DNA from: an archaeon
GTDB taxonomy: Archaea; Aenigmatarchaeota; Aenigmatarchaeia; PWEA01; JAGHBM01
Assembly (NCBI GenBank): GCA_020355185.1
Contig: CP070662.1
Span: 350,357-414,356, forward strand
Length of the DNA stretch: 64,000 nt
Reading direction: 5' to 3'
The notes below the pieces were generated by a model. That model ran no database searches, was not told the DNA's origin, and saw only the letters and a program-made list of their open reading frames with translations. The position numbers were made by a program, and so were the translations under genes. Positions within the stretch are counted from its first letter, which is position 1, and each line of letters starts with the position of its first letter. Below, in pieces: positions 53,101-60,821 of this stretch.

Positions 53101-55423
53101 AGTTGGCACCACCCGTAGAATTGAAGCGATAAGTATAGGAACCGGCGGCAAGCAAGGCAGTCTCTTCATACGGAGAAGAGTTTGTAATCAGGCTGTCATT
53201 TCTCCAGAGCTCATAAGTCACATCGGAATCCCCGCCATCGCTTTCAGTGCCGGTAACACCGCTTTCATGAGGGTAGGTCCATGTTCCCCCGCCCGAGATT
53301 TGCAGGTCCAAGATACCCTTGTTCACATTTCTGTACTGGTTCAAAAGAGAATAAGAAGTGTAGTTCTCCGTTTCTGCTATAGCGCACGTGTAGTTGTAAA
53401 CAGCTGCACCCAAAATCACCGATGATTCATTTATCGGGCTGGTTGTACCCTGTGCAACCTGGGAATCGTTCCTGTACAGAGTCAAAGTGGAGGTGGAATC
53501 TCCTGCCAGCCTTTCACAGCCTGTTTGTGTTGATGAAGGATAAACAACAGTCGTCAGGGGACCCACCGATATAGAAGGTGTGGCCTTGTTGACTGAGTAA
53601 ACGGTCTGGGGAAAAGAATCGTTCATCTGCCCGCCGGTGCTGTTGGCATACCACTTGTAGACGTATGTCCCGGCAGCCAGGCTTCCAACATCAAAATAAT
53701 ATTCCCTCTGGTTACCTGATATGGTCCTGTAGGTTGTAACAGTATCATTTTGCATAGAGCCGGTAAAGTTATTCTCCAACCATGTCTGGTCTATTCCGCT
53801 TTCATCGTCCCAGGTAAGGTTGAACTGGTAAGACTGGCTTGGTGAATAGTTTGAACCGGAAACCGGGGAGACAGTCTCCCCCGAATAAGTTGGAGGCTTG
53901 CTGTAAGTTATGTTCATGTAAGGCCTCAGGGATGTGGTTGCATATTCCTTTGAGTATAAATCATCCTGGCTTTCGCTCCCCGTCTCAGGAGTCACTAACA
54001 CAACAGACACGTTCCCGTCCCCGCTTTCATATTCCGACCTTACCGTATTGGTAACGTTCCAGCAGAGCCAGCCCGTTCCCGTTGTGGTCTGAACATCCTC
54101 GGCAGTAAGGTTACATTCAAGCGAGTTATCGAGCCCTGTACCACATGGCTGATCGTTCCAAGTTATTCCAAGTTCCGTCCACGTGTGGTTGTAAACATGA
54201 TGCGCGTAACTCTGGCTTGTGCTACCGTCAATGTAAAGGTAAAGACAGAGGAGCGCCTTGTCAATATTTTTTCCCGAAGGAACCGAGCTTATGTTGAATT
54301 TGATATAGGTTCTGTATATCTTGTTTGTCCTGTCCCTTATGGTTACATAATCGTCAGTCCCGTAATTGTCACCGCTCTTGTCGCTTCTGACATTCGTGTC
54401 ATCTAGGTTCTCCGAGCCAGGAGCCTGCAGCTGCACTGTCGGATCCAGAACAACTTCAGCCCCTGTGAAGTTGCTTATCCTTATATCTGCAGTATTTTCG
54501 TTTATCTGCTTGGTTTCAACCAAGATACCGGAGGTTGTGCAGTTCCCGAGCCCGTCGCAGGTCTTGTTATACAAATCAGAGAAATCTATTTCCAATTCTC
54601 CGATTAGCAGGGTATCGTTATCCAGAACGACTACCCCGGAACCCGAACTAATGGTCAGTCCAAACGATTCCAGGCCGGGGGCATTTGTAAACAAGTGAGA
54701 CCACTTGTAATAACCCGGGCCTTCCTCTATCTCAGTCCTGAAATTCATGACCGCAGGAACTTCCTGTTCAAACCCGCCTATAACCGCATAAGGTTCCAGG
54801 TTTGCGGTTTTGCCGTTCCATTCCAGTTCCAGATTTTTTGAGGAGGCGTTGTAGGCAAAACCGACCAGTTCATTGAAGGGTCTGTAAATTCCTTCGGAAT
54901 CTTCCATGTTCATTTTTCCGGAGTAAAGACTCCTCGTGCAGGTATCCTTGCAACTCTCCGTCCACGTGGGACCGTAATCAAAATTTGAAATTTCCGCCTC
55001 TTGCATAGGACTTGAAATTAATGGTGCGGCGGGTGCGTAGACAGGTTGGGCGTCTTCGGAAACAGATTCAGAAGAATCTTTTACCGCACCCACCGCAAAT
55101 TCTTTTGACCTGACAGTCTGACCGGAACTGATTATAGCTACGTAATCCCCGTTTTCCAGTGGCAGGGAAAGAAAATAAGAGCCCAACGAGTCCGTGGAGC
55201 TTGCTCTTGAAAAAACTTCCCGACCTGTCTGGTCAATTACAGTCAGGGAGAACGGAGTTTTGGGAGGACCAGAAACGAGTATTGATATTGATTCTCCGTA
55301 GGAGTCTTTAGTTTCCAATACCCATTCTTCAGCAGAAAAAACAAAACCAGAAAAAAGGAAAACAGAGATTAATGTGGCTATAAATATACCTTTAAGTCGT
55401 TTATTCCCCCACACGACACCCAA
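50108..55423 (-). CDS. Large secreted surface protein (1771 aa), paralog of the 4285-aa protein at both termini
   Basis: TTG start about 30 nt downstream of a TATA box. Signal anchor IFIATLISVFLFSGFVFSA. Same N-terminal ~520 aa architecture and same C-terminal ~245-aa module ending ...YVGTMTIMANATW (compare ...YAGTVTIMANASW). Confidence 0.85.
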   Translation of the reverse strand: MGVVWGNKRLKGIFIATLISVFLFSGFVFSAEEWVLETKDSYGESISILVSGPPKTPFSLTVIDQTGREVFSRASSTDSLGSYFLSLPLENGDYVAIISSGQTVRSKEFAVGAVKDSSESVSEDAQPVYAPAAPLISSPMQEAEISNFDYGPTWTESCKDTCTRSLYSGKMNMEDSEGIYRPFNELVGFAYNASSKNLELEWNGKTANLEPYAVIGGFEQEVPAVMNFRTEIEEGPGYYKWSHLFTNAPGLESFGLTISSGSGVVVLDNDTLLIGELEIDFSDLYNKTCDGLGNCTTSGILVETKQINENTADIRISNFTGAEVVLDPTVQLQAPGSENLDDTNVRSDKSGDNYGTDDYVTIRDRTNKIYRTYIKFNISSVPSGKNIDKALLCLYLYIDGSTSQSYAHHVYNHTWTELGITWNDQPCGTGLDNSLECNLTAEDVQTTTGTGWLCWNVTNTVRSEYESGDGNVSVVLVTPETGSESQDDLYSKEYATTSLRPYMNITYSKPPTYSGETVSPVSGSNYSPSQSYQFNLTWDDESGIDQTWLENNFTGSMQNDTVTTYRTISGNQREYYFDVGSLAAGTYVYKWYANSTGGQMNDSFPQTVYSVNKATPSISVGPLTTVVYPSSTQTGCERLAGDSTSTLTLYRNDSQVAQGTTSPINESSVILGAAVYNYTCAIAETENYTSYSLLNQYRNVNKGILDLQISGGGTWTYPHESGVTGTESDGGDSDVTYELWRNDSLITNSSPYEETALLAAGSYTYRFNSTGGANWTANLTGVTAVVTIQQNQSNPVELYFRNSSGEFLNQNMSVVYEEATNATGAALYTGSGTVHLYRDGADVTGENGQSLVLGAKPSGYAYKVNITGNVNYTSNFTGQTFYLTVGKRDPSSHLHLAINGSEENQDLTYPVVSNVTAWSDAIQDLTFSLYRNDTPISLGSPVSDLKRLGVNLYSYLYNTSGGENYTSGSVTRLLNITKGPTEQTLLLNGTRGNKKYIKGQIVELKTTLNVSGKYLYLYANFSGPLELIDEGPDPLSNTTNTSNINYGKYLVKANWTGDENYTTDEESWIMEVSEPIENLYFRNDTTVLTGGNFYRLNGTNTASGTSNSTVGAAVQRYRLATFVTNQLPAQEILSGNWDFVFWGQRTGTSGPITFHIDYDILVCENDGTGCTAVTQNAGNTADVIDLDSYPSIWSGSSFNISKNQRLMVKVYADVTSSGGRVANVYWGDSTYDSNVTKPLGILDYPPAPSDEQINVTDIYKGTTIKHSVYWSDDKGLDTYKLSWNATGAGCDAGFQNESSMAWAGEPTGAWSNVTRTVPDSCLGKVIAWKIYANDTRNNNVVSDELSYEVLAELNITVNTTLGPSSNTNIRLYNSTGSLITEGQGNISTDVDAYELYDISLRTELSSGFQETYLKNVNISDNLNITSQIVETYTGTFPQGISNVTPVYAQKELNVNYDYATLCIPKAGVNVSHIAHCTNWDYKTSNCSSWEVNETSDYNMQENSTHIWFNVTEFDAYGGGQKALLNVTLNTPPDNTIVPQYRNFTINATVICLKGNCGLVKGYVRYNSSGNEPDTDIPENSGTPFYTFDSNPQQQNLGQDENATMVWSVNSTGTLGDFYEIGAYFETSQISNHTENSTVEIGKVLVMSLTFDTVSFGVLDPGEAERPALNNSDEYYNISVDPNSNDLDYLWIKATDMVGEAWANYDIGPGNISWSFENNPSTGSAMEYSYSLMDQNVPSGQNKTTYYWLNVPYGKMAQNYVGTMTIMANATW
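53860..54985 (-). repeat. Conserved N-terminal module of the 1771-aa protein (paralogous to 48030-49160)
   Basis: See the 48030-49160 entry. Protein blocks such as YSGKMNMEDSEGIYRPFNELVGFAYNASS.NLELEWNGKTANLEPY are identical. Confidence 0.85.
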
Positions 55424-55448
55424 CCTATCTTAATATATCAATATAGTG

Positions 55449-55459
55449 ATATATAAATC
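55449..55459 (-). promoter_or_regulatory. TATA box for the 1771-aa gene
   Basis: Minus-strand GATTTATATAT 26-36 nt upstream of the TTG start, implying a near-leaderless transcript. Confidence 0.45.
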
Positions 55460-55480
55460 TTATCTCAAACCAGAACCAGC

Positions 55481-55723
55481 CTACTTGAAGAATTTGCCGA
55501 TGGTTCTCTGTTCAACCCACCAAACCAGCCTTCTCTTGCTCTTGATCATTTCCTCCCTGTTCTTAACCATGTTTTTCAGTTGCAGGTCCTTCAGGTGGAC
55601 ATTGGCGGTGGACCAGGATATATTCAGTTTTTTTGCTATCTCATAAGTTGAAAGAGGTTCGGGACTTTCCCGGAGTAATTTGAGAATTTCTTCGTCCATC
55701 TCAGAAAGTCTGGGGGCGCCCAT
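55481..55723 (-). CDS. Small winged-helix DNA-binding protein (80 aa)
   Basis: DEEILKLLRESPEPLSTYEIAKKLNISWSTANVHLKDLQLKNMV is a typical HTH plus wing. It is the only non-secreted product in the island. Confidence 0.7.
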   Translation of the reverse strand: MGAPRLSEMDEEILKLLRESPEPLSTYEIAKKLNISWSTANVHLKDLQLKNMVKNREEMIKSKRRLVWWVEQRTIGKFFK

Positions 55724-55743
55724 ATTTATAATTTGTATATATT

Positions 55744-55755
55744 AATATATAAATG
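55744..55755 (-). promoter_or_regulatory. TATA box for the wHTH gene
   Basis: Minus-strand ACATTTATATATTA. The same 14-mer recurs at ~56842-56855. Confidence 0.45.
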
Positions 55756-55835
55756 TATTGACATATATTCCCGAGGCAGAAACCCCTCTAATTATAATGA
55801 TAAATAAAGAAAAAGAAGGAAAGGTAAACTTTCCC

Positions 55836-56768
55836 TTAAGCGTCGCTTGCTATCACAAAGAGTTCTCCGGAGCCAAGCGCACCTTCCTTTACACCATAAG
55901 ACAGGTGTATTGTTATGTTGGCTACTGTCGAGTTGCCCGGATACAGTGTCCCTGAATAGAAACTCTCCACAAACGTGCCCGAACCAGGCAGGTCCGTGTT
56001 CCAGTGCGACCATCTCACCCTGTCCAAAGTGGTGTTATCTACAGCTATGGTATAATTCAGTCCTCCTCCCTGATTTCCTATTATTATGTCCGCGTAGCAC
56101 CATCCGTCACCCGAGTCCGTTAGACTTCCGTATCTGAATGCTGAGGCCGGATTGGCTGTCAGATCGTTGACACCTGCCCCAGAAAAGTCTACTGTTCCTG
56201 TTGTCGTCTGTGTATGCGCAACGTCGCCTATATAAAAGTCGTTGCTGACGCAAGTGTCTCCTGTCTTGTCGAACATCCAGAACCATTCTTGTGAGGCGTT
56301 TCTGAATCTTCCGTAAGCCCACTTGGTTGAGTTGGGCGGTGAGTTTCCGTCCGGATCCTTAAGATAGATAAGGCTCCTTGTCTCGTTGAACTCAAGCCTG
56401 TCGACAGCATAATAATTTCCTGTTTCCCTTGCTATCCAAAGGAAGTTTGAAGATTCGTAGTTTGATGCTGTGCCCGTACCATAGGGGTTGCTTGTCGGCT
56501 GGGAGACATTGAACCAGAGTGTCGTTATGTTTACCGAACCTATGTTCTCTATCTGCGCCTGTTTTACAGCTCCTGTGGCTCCCGGGTCTATCGCCTCTCC
56601 CCCTTCCCAGGTGAAGGAAGCCGGAGTCAGGTCGATCATCATGCTCGAGCCTACCGTCACGTTAATCTCCGATGATTGTTCGTCTTCTGTTGCCGGTGCA
56701 AACTGTGTGAAGGCCAGAATCAAGGTGCAGATTGCTATAGAAACCAATAACTCTTTACCGTATTTCAT
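55836..56768 (-). CDS. Secreted ~310-aa protein, paralog family member 1
   Basis: Track ORF extends to 56777 (GTG). ATG at 56768 follows GGAGG and gives MKYGKELLVSIAICTLILAFTQFAPA. Shares QIENIGS, WFNV, YGRFRN.S.EWFW, AHTQT, WCYA and PGNSTVA blocks with 57870..58865 and 59000..59956. Confidence 0.7.
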   Translation of the reverse strand: MKYGKELLVSIAICTLILAFTQFAPATEDEQSSEINVTVGSSMMIDLTPASFTWEGGEAIDPGATGAVKQAQIENIGSVNITTLWFNVSQPTSNPYGTGTASNYESSNFLWIARETGNYYAVDRLEFNETRSLIYLKDPDGNSPPNSTKWAYGRFRNASQEWFWMFDKTGDTCVSNDFYIGDVAHTQTTTGTVDFSGAGVNDLTANPASAFRYGSLTDSGDGWCYADIIIGNQGGGLNYTIAVDNTTLDRVRWSHWNTDLPGSGTFVESFYSGTLYPGNSTVANITIHLSYGVKEGALGSGELFVIASDA

Positions 56769-56841
56769 TCTACACACCCTCCTTTTAGTTCTCCCATTCA
56801 GAAAATGGGGATGTTTGAGCTATTGATAATAAGTATGTGGT

Positions 56842-56853
56842 AATATATAAATG
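56842..56853 (-). promoter_or_regulatory. TATA box upstream of paralog 1
   Basis: Minus-strand ACATTTATATATTA about 75-85 nt upstream of the ATG. Confidence 0.4.
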
Positions 56854-56947
56854 TAACGATATATCGAGATAACTTTAAATATAAGCTCTCCCAAAAAATT
56901 TAATTGGTGGGGAACAAAGTGTCATCCTTTCCTCTAATTCTTAATTA

Positions 56948-56962
56948 GAGGGTGTTCCAACC
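56948..56962 (-). promoter_or_regulatory. Conserved GGAACACCCTC element (copy 1 of 3), next to a 9-bp perfect hairpin
   Basis: Plus-strand GAGGGTGTTCCAACC. The adjacent CCTCTAATT-AAG-AATTAGAGG inverted repeat lies just downstream of the 56981..57826 stop. Confidence 0.3.
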
Positions 56963-56980
56963 CCCCACCTTTATTTTTTA

Positions 56981-57826
56981 TCAAGTCAGAATTATTGTGT
57001 AGTTAACAAGCCAGCTGTCATAGTGGTATGAACGCATCCCCTTGTAATAGATTGCACTGACGTTTAACCTGAAATTGTATTTCTCCTGGGGGTACTCCTC
57101 ATAAGGCTTGGGTTTCGGGCTGTAAAACCTGAAACCAACCGATTTTGCCATCACGTATCCCTCTATGCCTTCAATTTGTATGTATTTTTCATCCGGAGGA
57201 TGCTTTTCCGGCTCCGCCATTTTCAATTCCGAGGGTTCGACCTTTACATTCATATCTACAGGATCCCTGTCCATGGGATTGTACCTTTGTACCATTGGTT
57301 CCATCTCCACCCTGAAAGAAGGCCTTTCCAGAATATCCACCTTGACGTAGTAAGTTGTATTTCCGTTTATGTTGTAGAAGTACAGAGCCTCGCCGAACTC
57401 GCTCCCTTTCCTGACCTTTAACTCCTCTCTGTTCTGTTTTATCCCCAGCGGAATAACTATGTCCTGGTTTAATATTTCCTGTACCATGCAGACGGTTTCC
57501 CTTGTCTCCGGGTCAACCCAGAGGGTCATGCTCTTGTTTTCCTTCACATCGGTGTACTGGAATTTCCAGTAGCCCTGTTTCTCGAAGCCGTCTCCGCAGT
57601 CCTGCCTTATTTCTTCAATTTCTTTTTCTATCACGCCTTCTGATATGAAATAACCCTGTACCTTTGCCCTCGGGTAAGCCTGCAGGAATTTCTGGGCCAT
57701 AGGATTCTGGTCTATGACCTCCAGAACGTTTTCCATACCCTCCCTTTCCTCTGTCTGGAAACCCGATAAAAGGAGAAATAATATTATTACAATCAAAACC
57801 AGATTTGAGATCAAAAGCTTGTTCAT
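56981..57826 (-). CDS. N-terminally anchored protein with PepSY-like and beta-sandwich regions (281 aa)
   Basis: Signal anchor LLISNLVLIVIILFLLLSGF. ...YWKFQYTDVKENKSMTLWVDPETRETVCMV resembles PepSY. Confidence 0.55.
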   Translation of the reverse strand: MNKLLISNLVLIVIILFLLLSGFQTEEREGMENVLEVIDQNPMAQKFLQAYPRAKVQGYFISEGVIEKEIEEIRQDCGDGFEKQGYWKFQYTDVKENKSMTLWVDPETRETVCMVQEILNQDIVIPLGIKQNREELKVRKGSEFGEALYFYNINGNTTYYVKVDILERPSFRVEMEPMVQRYNPMDRDPVDMNVKVEPSELKMAEPEKHPPDEKYIQIEGIEGYVMAKSVGFRFYSPKPKPYEEYPQEKYNFRLNVSAIYYKGMRSYHYDSWLVNYTIILT

Positions 57827-57869
57827 AACTATAATTAATCAAAATAAAAATAAAAAAGAGTAAGGGATT

Positions 57870-58865
57870 TTATGCTCCTTCTTCGCTTCTGACGAATACG
57901 GTTAGTATACCCTGTGAAACGACACCTTTTGCCACTCCGTACGGCAGGTAAATCTTAAGGTCGGCCACCGTTGAGTTTCCCGGGAAGGTGTTCATTTCAG
58001 AGAATATCTCGTTGTGGAATGTCTCGTCCCCGTATCCGAAGTCAGAGCCACCCGGAAACTGTATGTTCCAGTGAGACCACCTTACCTGGGTCCCGTTCAT
58101 GTTCACTGCTATGGTGTAGTTCCTTCCGCCTATGTTTATGTTCGCGTAACACCAGTCAGTGCTTCCGGCCTGTGTAAGGGTTCCTGACCTGCAGTCTCCC
58201 GCGGGTGCGTCTGTCAGCGAGTTCGGGCATGTGCTTGAAAAGTCTATCGTACCTGACTGTGCCTGGGTGTGCGGGTCGTCTCCAACATAGAAGTTCGCAC
58301 CATTGCAGTCGTCCGGCGTGGCTTCTCTTGAATCCGTGAACCAGAAGTACTCGTATGAAGTGTTCCTGAACCTTCCGTAGTGATACTTGGTCTCGTTTGG
58401 TGGTATGTTTCCGTCAGGGTCTGTAAGGTAAATCAGCCTCCTTGACTCGTTGAACTCAAGCCTGTCCACCGCGAAATAAACTGGATCAGAACTGTCGCCA
58501 GTGTAGTTTTCCCTTGATATCCAAAGGAAGTTTGCTGCATCATATTCTGTCGGGTCACCTGTTGCGAAAGGCCTGTCCGCCGGTTGAGTGACATTGAACC
58601 AGACCTTTGAGAAGTTGGTTGATCCTATGTTCTCTATCTGAAGCTGCTGTCTCGCTGTATCCTTCCCGGGGTCAACTCCAACCCATGAGAACTCTGCGGG
58701 GTTCATGTCAACCAGTGTCAATGTGGAAACATTAACGTCTATTGTCATGGTATCTGTCACGTTTATTGCTGAAACCTTTGGTGCGAATCCAACGAAGAAG
58801 GATCCTGCCACTAGTATGCTTACGGCTAAAATCCCTAAACTAATTCCTAATACTGAATATTTCAT
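57870..58865 (-). CDS. Secreted ~330-aa protein, paralog family member 2
   Basis: MKYSVLGISLGILAVSILVAGSFFVGFAPKVSA signal peptide, with the same conserved blocks as member 1. Confidence 0.7.
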   Translation of the reverse strand: MKYSVLGISLGILAVSILVAGSFFVGFAPKVSAINVTDTMTIDVNVSTLTLVDMNPAEFSWVGVDPGKDTARQQLQIENIGSTNFSKVWFNVTQPADRPFATGDPTEYDAANFLWISRENYTGDSSDPVYFAVDRLEFNESRRLIYLTDPDGNIPPNETKYHYGRFRNTSYEYFWFTDSREATPDDCNGANFYVGDDPHTQAQSGTIDFSSTCPNSLTDAPAGDCRSGTLTQAGSTDWCYANINIGGRNYTIAVNMNGTQVRWSHWNIQFPGGSDFGYGDETFHNEIFSEMNTFPGNSTVADLKIYLPYGVAKGVVSQGILTVFVRSEEGA

Positions 58866-58878
58866 TATTTCTTCACCT

Positions 58879-58894
58879 GAGGGTGTTCCTAACC
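58879..58894 (-). promoter_or_regulatory. Conserved GGAACACCCTC element (copy 2), in the 5' UTR of paralog 2
   Basis: Plus-strand GAGGGTGTTCCTAACC, 14-29 nt upstream of the ATG. In the mRNA, CACC...GGUG could pair across the Shine-Dalgarno AGGUGA. Confidence 0.3.
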
Positions 58895-58999
58895 TTTTTT
58901 AGGATGCGGGTATATTTAAAGATTTCGCTTATAAAATCAACTTTTTCTTGTTTAAACTCATTTAGTTAAGAGAAAAAAAGGAGGGTTTATGCTGGTTTA

Positions 59000-59956
59000 T
59001 TATGCTGTCGCGCTTACTATAACAGTTATCGTTCCTGTTATTTCCGGATTGCTTGAGTCGTAAACAACACCGTACGGAACCAGAGGCATTACTCTTGCGT
59101 AACCCGATCCACCCGGCATTATCGCGTCTTGCGTCGTGGAGTTAATGAAGAACTCGGCGTTGGAACAAGAGTCTGCTCCGGGCGCATCCATGTTGTATTT
59201 GTAGAACATTGCCTTGCTTGCATCATGGTACATGGCCACGCACACCGGCATAACTCCACCGAAGTTTATGTTTCCGTAACCCCAGTCTCCTGCGTAGGGT
59301 GCGGACGTCACCATTGTAAGGTCAACCTGGTTTGCAGCACTCTGAAGGTCTGCTCCTGTCTCTGTCTGGGTGTGTGCCACAGTTGAATAATAGAACCTGC
59401 CTTGAGTGTAATTACTTGCACCGTTCAAGTCAACCTGCCAGAACCATTCCCTGGAGCCGTTCCTGAACCTGCCGTAAGGCGTGTCAGGCGGGGTGGTGCC
59501 GTCAAAGCCTCTCAGATAAATGATTTCATCGCTTTCATTATATTCCACCCTGTTGGGAAAGTAGTATGTCTGTCCGGGAGTGTTGTTTGATATGACTATA
59601 AAGTTGCCTGCGTCGTACTTTGACACGTTACCTGTCCCGAAAGGCCTCTCGGAAGGATAACTGTTGTTGAACCAGACATAAGTCAGGTTAATGGAACCCA
59701 TGTTCTCTATCTGTATTTTTTTGTAGGTACCATTTGAACCAGGGTCTATCGGGGTAGTCCAGTTCAGGTCATCAGGTGCTATGTTGACTATGCATTTCTC
59801 GCTTATGTTCACCAGCACATTCAGTGTGTCGGATGCGTTTATATCAGCTGCTGTCACATCGCTAATGTTAATCCCCAGCGTAAGGGTAAATATCAAAAGG
59901 GTCAGGATACCCAAAACTAGACCGGGAATTATGTTATTATTCATATTCATTTTCAC
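59000..59956 (-). CDS. Secreted ~315-aa protein, paralog family member 3 (most divergent)
   Basis: GTG at 59956, with ATG alternatives at 59950 and 59944. Signal peptide ...LTLGINISDVTA. Motifs: QIENMGSINLTYVWFNN, PFGTG, YGRFRNGSREWFW, AHTQTETG. Confidence 0.7.
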   Translation of the reverse strand: MKMNMNNNIIPGLVLGILTLLIFTLTLGINISDVTAADINASDTLNVLVNISEKCIVNIAPDDLNWTTPIDPGSNGTYKKIQIENMGSINLTYVWFNNSYPSERPFGTGNVSKYDAGNFIVISNNTPGQTYYFPNRVEYNESDEIIYLRGFDGTTPPDTPYGRFRNGSREWFWQVDLNGASNYTQGRFYYSTVAHTQTETGADLQSAANQVDLTMVTSAPYAGDWGYGNINFGGVMPVCVAMYHDASKAMFYKYNMDAPGADSCSNAEFFINSTTQDAIMPGGSGYARVMPLVPYGVVYDSSNPEITGTITVIVSATA

Positions 59957-59960
59957 ACCT

Positions 59961-59976
59961 AGGGGGATGTTCCTAA
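59961..59976 (-). promoter_or_regulatory. Conserved GGAACA(U)CCC element (copy 3), in the 5' UTR of paralog 3
   Basis: Plus-strand AGGGGGATGTTCCTAA immediately upstream of the start region. Confidence 0.3.
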
Positions 59977-60020
59977 AGAATTGTTGGTATATTGTTATAT
60001 TTAAAGTTTTCTATATGGGG

Positions 60021-60821
60021 TTATTTCCTTTTTCTTGAGAACGCATAAATATTGGCCATAGAAGACAGAATAAGCAGAATCAGCACGACAATAAAAATGC
60101 TGTAGCCGTTTTCGTCCCAGAAATATTTCTCCTCTCTGAGCTTGAAACTTATCTTCTCTGACGAGTATCTCCCGTCAAGGCTTACTGCCTGCAGGTCCAC
60201 TTTTTCCTCCATCCAGACGGACGGCTCGTAATCCAGGACCAGCTTCGCCCCTTCCCCCGCTTCCAGATTTTCCAGCCTTTTGCTGCTGAATATCCAACCG
60301 GCCGGGTAGTTGGTTGGAATTACTATCAGGTCTTCCACGTCCGTATCCGAATCAAGCATGACTTCAATCTTTTTTCCCGGCAGGTTCCTGGCTTCTATAC
60401 CAATGGTCTCTTCGGAACGTGGAACCGATTCCACAGAGAAGTTGAAGGCTTCGCTTTTTATGGCATCATGACAGTGATGTATTACAAGCACGGTTGAATA
60501 GTTTCCCTTTTCTTCCGGCAACCAGTATGCTTCGAAATGTCTGCTCACTCCGACGGGCATCTCTCTCTCATCCGACCAGACTGTTTCATATTTTCCGCCC
60601 CCTTTCCCAATTCGGTATTCCATCCTGCTGCGGCAACTTACGGATTCACTGTTGTACCACTGGATAACAAATCTCTGCACCGAGTCAACATTTTTTTCCA
60701 GTTCAAAGTATTCGATTTGGCCCCCAATTTTATCCCTGACTCTTACGTTTATTTCAACTGCCAAGACAGATGGTGAGACCAGAAGTATGCAAAGCATTAT
60801 GCAAAAAATCCTTCTCATCAT
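60021..60821 (-). CDS. Secreted beta-sandwich protein with C-terminal TM anchor (266 aa)
   Basis: Signal peptide CIMLCILLVSPSVLA and a C-terminal TM + SRKRK tail. 4-nt overlap with the upstream gene. Confidence 0.6.
   Translation of the reverse strand: MMRRIFCIMLCILLVSPSVLAVEINVRVRDKIGGQIEYFELEKNVDSVQRFVIQWYNSESVSCRSRMEYRIGKGGGKYETVWSDEREMPVGVSRHFEAYWLPEEKGNYSTVLVIHHCHDAIKSEAFNFSVESVPRSEETIGIEARNLPGKKIEVMLDSDTDVEDLIVIPTNYPAGWIFSSKRLENLEAGEGAKLVLDYEPSVWMEEKVDLQAVSLDGRYSSEKISFKLREEKYFWDENGYSIFIVVLILLILSSMANIYAFSRKRK

Noticed and set aside
36941-55000. Dozens of 60-180-aa ORFs on the plus strand inside the two giant genes
   Set aside because: They are all shadows of uninterrupted 12.9-kb and 5.3-kb minus-strand ORFs, whose repeated domain structure and paralogy support them as the real genes.
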